In this document: piece after piece, positions 19,991 to 28,280 of the stretch
Position numbering within the stretch: the first letter of the stretch is position 1
How the letters are laid out: each line of letters begins with the position of its first letter
Notes under the pieces: model-generated
The model's database searches: none
Told to the model about the DNA's origin: nothing
What the model saw: only the letters and a program-made list of their open reading frames with translations
Translations under genes and position numbers: made by a program
DNA from: Spirochaetales bacterium
GTDB lineage: Bacteria; Spirochaetota; Spirochaetia; Sphaerochaetales; Sphaerochaetaceae
Direction: 5' to 3'
Length of the DNA: 47,179 nucleotides
Assembly: GCA_028719825.1 (NCBI GenBank)
Contig: JAQYLW010000082.1
Location: 1 to 47,179 of the forward strand

Positions 19991-20164
19991 TTACATCAAA
20001 TCCTTAGGTTTTCTGGCTGTGTTGCCTGTTTTTTGACAATATGCAACATGTCTAAGCTTGCCGTTCTCAAATACGGATTTCATAGATATTACTCCACCCC
20101 AGCGACTTGTAAGAACTTTAGCTCCTTCACGGCGTGCGTTTTTGGATATAGGTCCTGATGCCAT
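19991..20164 (-). CDS. Unannotated small basic protein (57 aa), function unknown
   Basis: Own translation: MASGPISKNARREGAKVLTSRWGGVISMKSVFENGKLRHVAYCQKTGNTARKPKDLM*. The strong SD reads AAAGGAGAATAATATG, and a TTGACG-16-TATATT promoter-like element lies upstream on the minus strand. It is below the apparent length cutoff of the ORF track (nothing under 60 aa is listed). Confidence 0.45.
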   Translation of the reverse strand: MASGPISKNARREGAKVLTSRWGGVISMKSVFENGKLRHVAYCQKTGNTARKPKDLM

Positions 20165-20303
20165 ATTATTCTCCTTTTGTTAAATATTCATTATTATTTT
20201 TGCATTTTTAGAATATATTTTATATATGCGTTTCGTCAAGGCTTACACCCTTCTATGAACGTCATAGCTCATGAACATCTACACAGATGTAAACCCCAAA
20301 ACC

Positions 20304-20903
20304 TTACATAAATCCGTGAATATGCCTAAACTCAGCAAATAAGTCCTTTGCCTTATTCTTGCATTTACCGCACACAGTGCCCAGTCCTGTTTTTTCCTGC
20401 AGCTCCTCAAATGTTTGAACCTGTTTTGTTCTTACAAGCTCTTCTATTTGTTCGTCGGTAATGTTTTTGCATTCACACACTATTTTTGCAACTGAGGCCT
20501 TGTATGGATTTGGCAAATTATTCTTATTAAGATAATCGTCTATTGCCGCCCGTAGTGCCTTGTCGCCCAGCACTGAACAGTGAAATTTATGTTCGGGAAG
20601 TCCGCCAAGGGCATTAGTGATTTTTTCGGGAGTCATATGATATGCCTCCTCAAAACTCATACCCTTAACCATCTCACTCATCATAGAAGTTGAGGCTATG
20701 GCGGAAGCACACCCATATGTAAGCCATCGAATGTCGCTTATTCGGTTATCTTGAACCTTTATTCCAACACGCATCTGATCGCCACATGCAAGCGAGCCCA
20801 CTTCTCCAACACCGTCAGCTTTAAATCCTTCCTTTTCATCCCATATGTTTCTGGGATTTAAAAAATGATCCTTTACAATATCCGTATAAACCCAATTATT
20901 CAT
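20304..20903 (-). CDS. nifU: NifU-type Fe-S scaffold: IscU-like N-domain plus BFD-like [2Fe-2S] domain (no C-terminal Nfu domain)
   Basis: GSLACGDQMRV and TYGCASAIASTS (IscU Cys ligands), then CECKNITDEQIEE...GTVCGKCK (BFD-like). Confidence 0.85.
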   Translation of the reverse strand: MNNWVYTDIVKDHFLNPRNIWDEKEGFKADGVGEVGSLACGDQMRVGIKVQDNRISDIRWLTYGCASAIASTSMMSEMVKGMSFEEAYHMTPEKITNALGGLPEHKFHCSVLGDKALRAAIDDYLNKNNLPNPYKASVAKIVCECKNITDEQIEELVRTKQVQTFEELQEKTGLGTVCGKCKNKAKDLFAEFRHIHGFM

Positions 20904-20969
20904 GATATATTAATTATAGTTACTTATATTTTGATAATCAAATGTCAATAAAATTCTGATGTTTCAAAG

Positions 20970-21320
20970 TTATCTGGCGCTCTTGTTATTAACATCCCAT
21001 AAAATCATTCCATATCTTCTCATGTCACGCGTTTTTATACTCTCTTTACCGCCATACTCTGACGAAAGATATTCCTCTATCATCTGTGTTGCAAATTCGG
21101 GAGGGTTATCAATCAGGGAAATAACATTTGCAGCAATTTTTTTCACCCCTTCTTTGGACAAGTCCTCACTTATATCTTTATACTCGTCAAAATACCCTGT
21201 AATCGGATAAAAACCGCTTAGAAACAGCCTGTTAAACATGGCGTAGAAGCTATGCCAATGACCGTCATAGCCATTTTCAATGGTTTTATTAAAAACTTTC
21301 TTGAGTATTTCGTTATACAA
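20970..21320 (-). CDS. Hypothetical 116-aa ORF; in frame with the upstream methyltransferase ORF and probably its C-terminal continuation
   Basis: It opens with TTG only 6 nt after the TAA of ORF 21327..21869, in the same reading frame. It ends with ...RRYGMILWDV, which resembles the last beta-strand of a class I methyltransferase fold. Confidence 0.4.
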   Translation of the reverse strand: MYNEILKKVFNKTIENGYDGHWHSFYAMFNRLFLSGFYPITGYFDEYKDISEDLSKEGVKKIAANVISLIDNPPEFATQMIEEYLSSEYGGKESIKTRDMRRYGMILWDVNNKSAR

Positions 21321-21326
21321 GTCGTT

Positions 21327-21869
21327 TTACTTGTAAACAAAGCTTGCATTAAAGCAGTATTTTTTGGAAATTGACATCATCTTTTCCAATGCACCCTTTC
21401 CTCTGATAGCAGGAGTAATAGAAGAGCATACAAGATCATATTTTCCGTTCTTTGTTAATTCATCAACACTGACAACGGAAAAATCACAAACTTCAAATGA
21501 TGCGTTTGTTATGTTTTTTTCTTTTATGCGTTTTTCGGCAAGCGCGCACATCCGAGAAGAAAAGTCCAACCCTTTTACATATTTGGCATATGAAGCGATC
21601 TCTAAAACAAAACTACCTGCGCCCGATCCTATGTCAACAACGCGATAGTCGTGTGACAGCGCTCCCTCTTTTCTTATAAAATCGCACATATTGCGCGATC
21701 TTAATTCACTTCTTTCTTTTCCGCTTTTTGTATAAAGAGTTCTCTCCCATTCCTCGGCTCTTTCATCCCATCTGTTTACGTTATTATCCTGACGCTTGAT
21801 GCTTTCAAAGCTCCATATTCTTTCAAACTTTAGAAGTTCTGCCTGTTTATCTACTGCTTTTATGTCCAT
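21327..21869 (-). CDS. Class I SAM-dependent methyltransferase (apparently truncated by an in-frame TAA)
   Basis: Motif I VVDIGSGAGSF, motif II GLDFS, CDFS, and YDLVCSSITP. Confidence 0.7.
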   Translation of the reverse strand: MDIKAVDKQAELLKFERIWSFESIKRQDNNVNRWDERAEEWERTLYTKSGKERSELRSRNMCDFIRKEGALSHDYRVVDIGSGAGSFVLEIASYAKYVKGLDFSSRMCALAEKRIKEKNITNASFEVCDFSVVSVDELTKNGKYDLVCSSITPAIRGKGALEKMMSISKKYCFNASFVYK

Positions 21870-21916
21870 ACTTTATTGTAATTATATCATATTTCCATTA
21901 TACTCATTGGGGTATA

Positions 21917-22936
21917 ATGGAACACGGTAACAGAAAAAACTCTCATGTTTTTTTTCTCTCTATGAGCTTGCTGTTCATAGCTATTTTTTTTATTTCGTTT
22001 GCGCTTGGAAGATATCCGATACCTCCGCAAACCGTATTAAAAGTATTACTGTCAAAGATATTCCCTATTGCGAAGACATGGAGCAAAAGCGTTGAGACTG
22101 TTATATTTCAAATAAGAATTCCAAGAATCATAGCCGCAATCTTTATAGGTTCCGCCCTAAGCCTTTCAGGGCTGACTTTTCAGGGGCTGTTTCAAAATCC
22201 TATGGTTTCCCCTGACGTTCTTGGCACCTCTAACGGCGCTGCGTTTGGAGCCGCAATCGGAATACTTCTTAACATGCATTATGCCGGAATAGTAACAACA
22301 AGTTTTTTAACCGGTATAGGAGCCGTAATACTTGTTCTTGCAATAGCATCAAGGGTTCCGTCTATGCCGGTGTTGGGTATGGTTTTAAGCGGCATTATGG
22401 TTTCTTCCCTTTTTACCTCATTAGTGAGCTTTATTAAACTTATAGCCGACACTCAAAACACTCTCCCTGCAATCACATATTTCCTTATGGGATCGCTTAG
22501 CAGCATAAGAAGCAGCGATACTGTTTTTCTTGTAATCATAATAACGTTATCTACAATTCCGATTATTCTGATAAGATGGCATTTAAATGTGATGACACAG
22601 GGTGAAGAAGAAGCAAAAAGCCTTGGAGTAAACACAAGAGTCATTCGCTTGATTGCGATTTCTTCTGCAACGCTTATGACTTCTGTTACGGTTGCAGTAG
22701 CGGGGATGATAGGCTGGGTAGGTCTTGTTATTCCGCATCTTACAAGAATGTGTTTGGGATGTGACTATCGTAAAACTATCCCCGGTTCAATAATAATGGG
22801 CAGCACTTTTTTGCTTCTTGTGGATACCATTGCAAGGAATATAAGCACTATAGAAATACCGCTGGGCATTCTTACATCGTTTGTAGGTGCTCCGTTCTTT
22901 TTATATCTGATTATAAGAGAGGGCAAAAAACTATGA
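21917..22936 (+). CDS. FecCD/BtuC-family ABC transporter permease (iron-chelate/corrinoid type)
   Basis: About 9-10 TM segments, with RIPRIIAAIFIGSALSLSGLTFQGLFQNPMVSPDVLG typical of FecCD. Confidence 0.9.
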   Translation: MEHGNRKNSHVFFLSMSLLFIAIFFISFALGRYPIPPQTVLKVLLSKIFPIAKTWSKSVETVIFQIRIPRIIAAIFIGSALSLSGLTFQGLFQNPMVSPDVLGTSNGAAFGAAIGILLNMHYAGIVTTSFLTGIGAVILVLAIASRVPSMPVLGMVLSGIMVSSLFTSLVSFIKLIADTQNTLPAITYFLMGSLSSIRSSDTVFLVIIITLSTIPIILIRWHLNVMTQGEEEAKSLGVNTRVIRLIAISSATLMTSVTVAVAGMIGWVGLVIPHLTRMCLGCDYRKTIPGSIIMGSTFLLLVDTIARNISTIEIPLGILTSFVGAPFFLYLIIREGKKL

Positions 22937-23700
22937 TACTTGAGATATCAGACCTTTCTTTTTCATACCCAAAGCACCCCGTTTTACAAAATATATCGCT
23001 ATCTGCAAAGGGTGGTGAATTTATATCCCTACTTGGAAATAACGGAAGCGGCAAAACCACATTGTTTAAATCCATACTCGGACTTTTAAAAGTTAAAAGC
23101 GGAAGTGTAAGTATAGACGGCGAAAATCTAAACAACATGAGTATAAAAGAAAGGGCTAAAAAAACTGCATATATACCACAGGAAACAAAACAGGTCTTTG
23201 CATATTCCGTATTATCTCAAGTGTTGATGGGCTGCACGGCAAATATCAGCACTCTAGCATCTCCGGGAGAAAAAGAGGTACAGACTGCTCTTGATGCACT
23301 AAAAACACTTGGTATTGAACATATGAAAGACAGGAATATAAATGCTCTCTCCGGCGGCGAGAGACAACTTGTTTTATGCGCACGCGCCCTGGCAGGAAAG
23401 GCAAAATGTCTGCTGTTTGATGAACCTACAGCCTCCCTTGACTACGGGAATCAAATAAGCGTGTTGTCCATAATACATAAATTAACAAAAAGCGGATATC
23501 TTGCTATTGTATCAACTCATAATGTGGAACAAGCTTTGAATTTCAGTACAAGAATTATCCTGCTCAACAACAAACAGATCACATTTAACGGCACGCCTGA
23601 ACAGCTTGTAAATTCGGACATTCTTGAACGCTTTTACATGACTCCCCTTTCCGTAATTAAGATTGACGAAAGGTATTACATTAAACCTGAATCAATTTGA
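22933..23700 (+). CDS. ABC transporter ATP-binding protein (FepC/BtuD type)
   Basis: Walker A GNNGSGKTTL, signature LSGGERQ, Walker B LLFDEPTASLD. ATGA overlap with the permease gene. Confidence 0.9.
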   Translation: MILEISDLSFSYPKHPVLQNISLSAKGGEFISLLGNNGSGKTTLFKSILGLLKVKSGSVSIDGENLNNMSIKERAKKTAYIPQETKQVFAYSVLSQVLMGCTANISTLASPGEKEVQTALDALKTLGIEHMKDRNINALSGGERQLVLCARALAGKAKCLLFDEPTASLDYGNQISVLSIIHKLTKSGYLAIVSTHNVEQALNFSTRIILLNNKQITFNGTPEQLVNSDILERFYMTPLSVIKIDERYYIKPESI

Positions 23701-23729
23701 AATAAAAAACACGATAAAGGAGTGATAGT

Positions 23730-24779
23730 ATGAAAAACTTAAAAAAGTCTGCATTGTGTGTTGCACTTTTATGTTTTTTAAGCATTGGACTTTTATTTGC
23801 TCAGGGTCAAAAAATTTCTCAAGACCCAATAAAAACAAGAACATTTGTAGATGACTTAGGCAGAGAAATAGAGGTTCCTGAAAAAATTACAAAATTGGCC
23901 CCTGCAGGCAATCCTGCCAATGTTGTTCTTTTGACAATCAGACCGGAGCTTATGGTAGGATTATCCGAAAAACCTGCAGACACACATTATTTTGGAGATA
24001 AACTGAATGGCATACCTGAATTCGGAGCATTTTACGGTAAAAAAGCCAATCTCAATAAAGAAGCCGTAATAAATGCCGCACCTCAGATTATTATAGACAT
24101 CGGCGAAATAAAAGGTTCAACATCCGATATGAGCGCCGATCTTAACAATCTCCAAAAAACACTGGGAATACCCATTGTATTTGTAGAGAATTACCTAAAA
24201 AATTCTGCTCAAACATACAGAACACTGGGGACTCTTTTAAAAGAAGAAAAAAGGGGCGAAGAGCTTGCTCTATATTCTGAAGAAGCTATTGCATTTGCGA
24301 ATAAAGTAAGAAGTCAGATTAAGAATCCAAAAACTTATTATTTTTCGGAATCGGCAGACGGACTTGAGGGATTGCCAAAAAATTCTTTTAAAGTTGAGGT
24401 TTTTGAATTGCTTGGCGCTAATAACATAGTTGAAAAATCAATATCAAACGGCTCTAATCAAATAAGCCTTGAACAGATATTATTAAAGGATCCTGACTAT
24501 GTTTTCCTATCAGATCCTCAAGCATTCAAGCTTGTTACATCTCCAAACAGCCCATGGAGGCATCTTAATGCCGTGAAGAACAAACATGTATATCTTGTTC
24601 CTAAAAACCTTTACGGATGGATTGCCGACCCCCCATCAATCAACAGACTTCTTGGAATTTATTACGTTGCCGGAATAATGTATCCGGAAATTGCTAAAGT
24701 GGACATAAGGGAAGAAGCAAAGAAATACTATAAACTGTTCTACAATTACAACCTTGAGGACAGTGAGATAAAACTGTGA
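23730..24779 (+). CDS. Periplasmic substrate-binding protein of the FecCD-type ABC importer
   Basis: N-terminal signal peptide MKNLKKSALCVALLCFLSIGLLFAQG. Size (349 aa) and operon position fit a cluster-A binding protein. AAAGGAG RBS. Confidence 0.8.
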   Translation: MKNLKKSALCVALLCFLSIGLLFAQGQKISQDPIKTRTFVDDLGREIEVPEKITKLAPAGNPANVVLLTIRPELMVGLSEKPADTHYFGDKLNGIPEFGAFYGKKANLNKEAVINAAPQIIIDIGEIKGSTSDMSADLNNLQKTLGIPIVFVENYLKNSAQTYRTLGTLLKEEKRGEELALYSEEAIAFANKVRSQIKNPKTYYFSESADGLEGLPKNSFKVEVFELLGANNIVEKSISNGSNQISLEQILLKDPDYVFLSDPQAFKLVTSPNSPWRHLNAVKNKHVYLVPKNLYGWIADPPSINRLLGIYYVAGIMYPEIAKVDIREEAKKYYKLFYNYNLEDSEIKL

Positions 24780-25342
24780 TTTATTCATTAAACGATATTC
24801 CCGATGAGATAAACACTTTTATCCGTCGGGAACATTTTCATATAATAATCCGCGGAGATATCCACACAGGTAAAAGCACATATCTTCAAAAGCTGTTATC
24901 AGAATATCCCTTTCTAATCCCATACGGTTTTTATACAAAAAAGAGCATAGGCAAATGCGGTATACAGGACGGATTATATATTCACAGCGCCTATATTAAA
25001 GAAAACGAGCGGTTTTATTCTGAACAAAACAGAATAGCAAAAATAGCGAATGGCTCATATGTCGGCACCTTTAATACAAATATTTTTAACAGTACGGGCA
25101 AACAGCTGCTCACACGTACTGTGAAACCGAATGAAGTTGCCATTGCAGATGAAGTGGGGTTTTTGGAAAGAAACGCGCATGATTTTTTAAATGCCGTTTC
25201 ATCCTGTTTTAACGCCAACAGATCCATCATTGCTGTTTTTAAAAACAAAAGCATTTCATACTTGGATGAAATGCTTGGTATAAAAGATAATTTGATTATC
25301 AATGTGCTTCCCGATTATAAATTCAGCATTTGTTTTTCGTAA
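24776..25342 (+). CDS. P-loop NTPase, THEP1-like (PF03266-type architecture)
   Basis: Walker A GDIHTGKST, then GFYTKK, Walker B VAIADEVGFLE, then IIAVFKN. The order and spacing match THEP1-type NTPases. It overlaps the binding-protein stop by 4 bp. Confidence 0.55.
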   Translation: MIYSLNDIPDEINTFIRREHFHIIIRGDIHTGKSTYLQKLLSEYPFLIPYGFYTKKSIGKCGIQDGLYIHSAYIKENERFYSEQNRIAKIANGSYVGTFNTNIFNSTGKQLLTRTVKPNEVAIADEVGFLERNAHDFLNAVSSCFNANRSIIAVFKNKSISYLDEMLGIKDNLIINVLPDYKFSICFS

Positions 25343-26489
25343 GTAATTCCCTATAAATTTCCAAATACTGCTTTGCAACCTCATCCCACGAAAGCACTAT
25401 TTGATTTACGGCATTGTTTTTGAGTTTTAAAAATTCATCAGGAGCATTGAGTTTCATATTATATAATTCCTGAATTTTATCGGCAAAGGCGTTCTCGCTA
25501 TCATCTAAGCAAAAACCGTCTATTCCTTCCCTTATTCTCTCGGATGGCCCCGTGTTTTTAATAGCCAATGTAATAAGTCCTTTTGAACGTGATTCTATCG
25601 CAGCAAGTGAATCGTTATCAAAGATAGATGGGAATAAAAATATGTCTTTCTTTTCGTATAGACTGAACAGTTCTTGGTGCTTCTTCATCCCTCGAAAGGA
25701 TACATTCGGCAGCAGGTTCATCTTAGAAGCCATAGCTTTGAACAGCTTCTCATCCTGACCTTCACCAAACAAATCAAAAGAATAAGGAATGCTTCTGTCG
25801 CTTAACAGCTTGCAAACTCTCAGCATAAAGGCGATGTTTTTTTCTCTGCTGATGTTGCCTGCAAAACACAGATGAATTGCATCATCTGTTAAACTTTCAC
25901 ACTGTTTTTTTTCATTTGACTGTATTGAATGGCCATTTCTTACTACAAATACATTTTTTGAAACACCGTAATGTTTAATCTCATCTTTAACACAGGAATT
26001 AGAAACAGTTGTTATGCAATCCGCTTTTGCCACAGCTTTTTTTACCGGAGTCATTAATGACTTAACAACAATCTTATGCAACAGGTTGTTTTTATTAAAA
26101 GGGACATGCATATCATATGTATAACTGAATCTGGTATGTATGGTGAGAACGGATGGAATGTTTTTCTTTTTTGCATAATCAATACAATAATTACCCACGT
26201 TAAATGGCGTATGTGCATGGATTATATCCGGTGCAAATGAATTTAACTCTTTTTTAAAACGATGGGTTATCTGAGGGAAATTGATTTGTTCATCACACAT
26301 TACAGGAAGTGAATAAGCTCTCTCTATTTTATACGGAAGTTTCTTATCACCGTCATCTTTCCCTTTTAAAGGGGCAAATACATACACTTCATTTCCCAAA
26401 GATACAAGTGAAGATGCGATACTGTTAACGGCATTTTCGGTTCCTCTGGAGGTTGGATAGAAATTATCCGTACATATTGCGATCCTCAT
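25323..26489 (-). CDS. Glycosyltransferase family 4 (alMGS-like, paralogous in style to 5437..6624)
   Basis: The likely start is the internal ATG at 26489 (MRIAICTDNFYPTSRGTENAV...), which forms an ATGA overlap with the hydrogenase stop. HAHTPF and C-terminal FPSIFDNDSLAAIESRSKG are present. The track ORF extends to 26567 but would then overlap the hydrogenase gene. Confidence 0.75.
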   Translation of the reverse strand: MRIAICTDNFYPTSRGTENAVNSIASSLVSLGNEVYVFAPLKGKDDGDKKLPYKIERAYSLPVMCDEQINFPQITHRFKKELNSFAPDIIHAHTPFNVGNYCIDYAKKKNIPSVLTIHTRFSYTYDMHVPFNKNNLLHKIVVKSLMTPVKKAVAKADCITTVSNSCVKDEIKHYGVSKNVFVVRNGHSIQSNEKKQCESLTDDAIHLCFAGNISREKNIAFMLRVCKLLSDRSIPYSFDLFGEGQDEKLFKAMASKMNLLPNVSFRGMKKHQELFSLYEKKDIFLFPSIFDNDSLAAIESRSKGLITLAIKNTGPSERIREGIDGFCLDDSENAFADKIQELYNMKLNAPDEFLKLKNNAVNQIVLSWDEVAKQYLEIYRELLTKNKC

Positions 26490-27907
26490 TCCCTTCCCCT
26501 CATGCGCATTGCCAAGGATGGTTTGGTTATTGTTCCTGGACCTGCAATACATCCTCCCTCGCAACACATAACTTCTACAAGATCAACCTCAGGCGGCTTT
26601 TTTGCCCATGTTCGCATTAGCATTACGTTCTTTTTATCAAGGCCGTCAATTTTAAGAGTTCTCAATTTATCTTTATTTTCAGCCCTGCATAATACACAGG
26701 ATGCAACCCCTCCTGTTATGGCAAAATTTCTGCAATCCTTATAAACAGATGTGTCGCCAAGATCAGCCTTTTCCTGTGTAACCACATCAATATCAAGCGC
26801 TAAAAACAAGGCGGCAAGTTCGCTGTAATTAATCACTCCGTCAACCTCCGGAGTGTATGCTCCTTCCACTCGTTTTGCAAGGCATGGACCTATGAAAATT
26901 CTTTTGTATTCGGGGAACTCTTTTTGTGCAATTTCGGCAGTATAGCCCATTGGCGTTCTTGCCGTGGAATGAATGGGTTTTAAAAACGTAAGATGTTTGT
27001 TAATAAGCCCCATGTAAGCCGGACAGCAGCTTGTTGTCATATAGCCTTCGTTGTTTTCTATGCGCTCCTCAACCTCTTTAGCTTCTGTAACAGAGGTTAC
27101 CTCAGCCCCTCTTGCAACTTCCATAACCTTTGAAAATCCAACTTTTAACAATGCGCTTTTTATTTGAGAAAGGGTTCCGGGGAACTGCCCTTCTATACTG
27201 GGCGCAATCATGGCTATGGTTTTTTCCTTGCGTTTGAGCATTTTTACAACCGGCATAATTCCGCTTCTTTCGGCAATAGCCCCAAACGGACATGACATTG
27301 TACACTTGCCACAGCTGATGCACTTATCGTGATCAATCCCAACAACGCCTTCTTCGTTTTTATGTACTGCTCCTACAGGGCATGCGGCTTCACAAGGAAC
27401 CGGCAAATGCAATACAGCATGATAGGGACATACCCCATAACACTTGCCACATTTAATACATTTCTCTTCTATAATATGAGCCTTACCATCTATAAAAACT
27501 ATCGCATCCTTAGGGCAGTTTACGGTACATGGTCGAGCAAAACAGCCTCTGCAAGCATCCGATATTCTGTATTGCTCAGGCGGACAGCCGTAACAGCCTG
27601 CTGATATGGTGGTTAAAACCGGAAGTTCCTCAGGATCTTCATTGAGAACAGCACGTGCATATTCGCTTAGTGGCTTGTATTCGTCATCATCCTTTTCTAT
27701 ATTAATGCCCAAAAACTCCATTATGCGATATCTGACCATCGCTCGTTCTTTGTATATACAACAACGCGAAGTATTTTTGCTTTTTGGTACAAGTTTAATT
27801 GGCAATTTATCTACATCTTCTTCTAATGTGCCATTAAAAAAGGACTTTAGCACCTCGGTATCAATTTGCCTTTTGAATAAAGTATATTGATTGTTTATTT
27901 CAAGCAT
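26486..27907 (-). CDS. Monomeric [FeFe]-hydrogenase (probably group B type)
   Basis: H-cluster motifs TSCCPAY (L1), GPCLAKRVE (L2) and EVMCCEGGCIAGPG (L3). Two ferredoxin motifs, CIKCGKCYGVCP and CISCGKCTMSCP. 473 aa. Confidence 0.85.
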   Translation of the reverse strand: MLEINNQYTLFKRQIDTEVLKSFFNGTLEEDVDKLPIKLVPKSKNTSRCCIYKERAMVRYRIMEFLGINIEKDDDEYKPLSEYARAVLNEDPEELPVLTTISAGCYGCPPEQYRISDACRGCFARPCTVNCPKDAIVFIDGKAHIIEEKCIKCGKCYGVCPYHAVLHLPVPCEAACPVGAVHKNEEGVVGIDHDKCISCGKCTMSCPFGAIAERSGIMPVVKMLKRKEKTIAMIAPSIEGQFPGTLSQIKSALLKVGFSKVMEVARGAEVTSVTEAKEVEERIENNEGYMTTSCCPAYMGLINKHLTFLKPIHSTARTPMGYTAEIAQKEFPEYKRIFIGPCLAKRVEGAYTPEVDGVINYSELAALFLALDIDVVTQEKADLGDTSVYKDCRNFAITGGVASCVLCRAENKDKLRTLKIDGLDKKNVMLMRTWAKKPPEVDLVEVMCCEGGCIAGPGTITKPSLAMRMRGRE

Positions 27908-28163
27908 TTACAGCCTCTCTTATAATTTTAGAAAGCTTATCAACTGTCATATTTCCATAAACCTTGCCGTTAATTGTAACAAACGGAGATTTTTCACCGG
28001 TTACGGAGCATTTTTTACATTCTTCAAAACAGTTTGCCGCATCTATGTTGCATTTTGAAAGCAATTCATCATCCAAGAAGTCGTTGAACATTAACAAATC
28101 CGCCCCTCCTTGTACAAAACAAGCCGTTCCCACGCATATTTTAACATCAACCTTATCTGCCAT
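27900..28163 (-). CDS. Thioredoxin-like [2Fe-2S] ferredoxin (NuoE/HydC-like small subunit)
   Basis: The Cys pattern Cx4C ... Cx3C (KICVGTAC ... CFEEC) fits thioredoxin-like 2Fe-2S ferredoxins. There is an 8-nt overlap (ATGCTTGA) with the hydrogenase start and an AGGAGGAG RBS. Confidence 0.6.
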   Translation of the reverse strand: MADKVDVKICVGTACFVQGGADLLMFNDFLDDELLSKCNIDAANCFEECKKCSVTGEKSPFVTINGKVYGNMTVDKLSKIIREAVNA

Positions 28164-28280
28164 ATTTCTCCTCCTAAGATGATATGTCTTATTCTATAAT
28201 AATTTCTTATTCATTAGTAGACCTACCCTGCCCGTGTTCTATTATTTGTTTTTTTATGTATTGAGGATATAATAAAAACA

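Noticed and set aside
21870-21916. Possible cobalamin riboswitch upstream of the FecCD-type ABC importer
   Set aside because: The intergenic region is only 47 nt, far too short for a B12 riboswitch.
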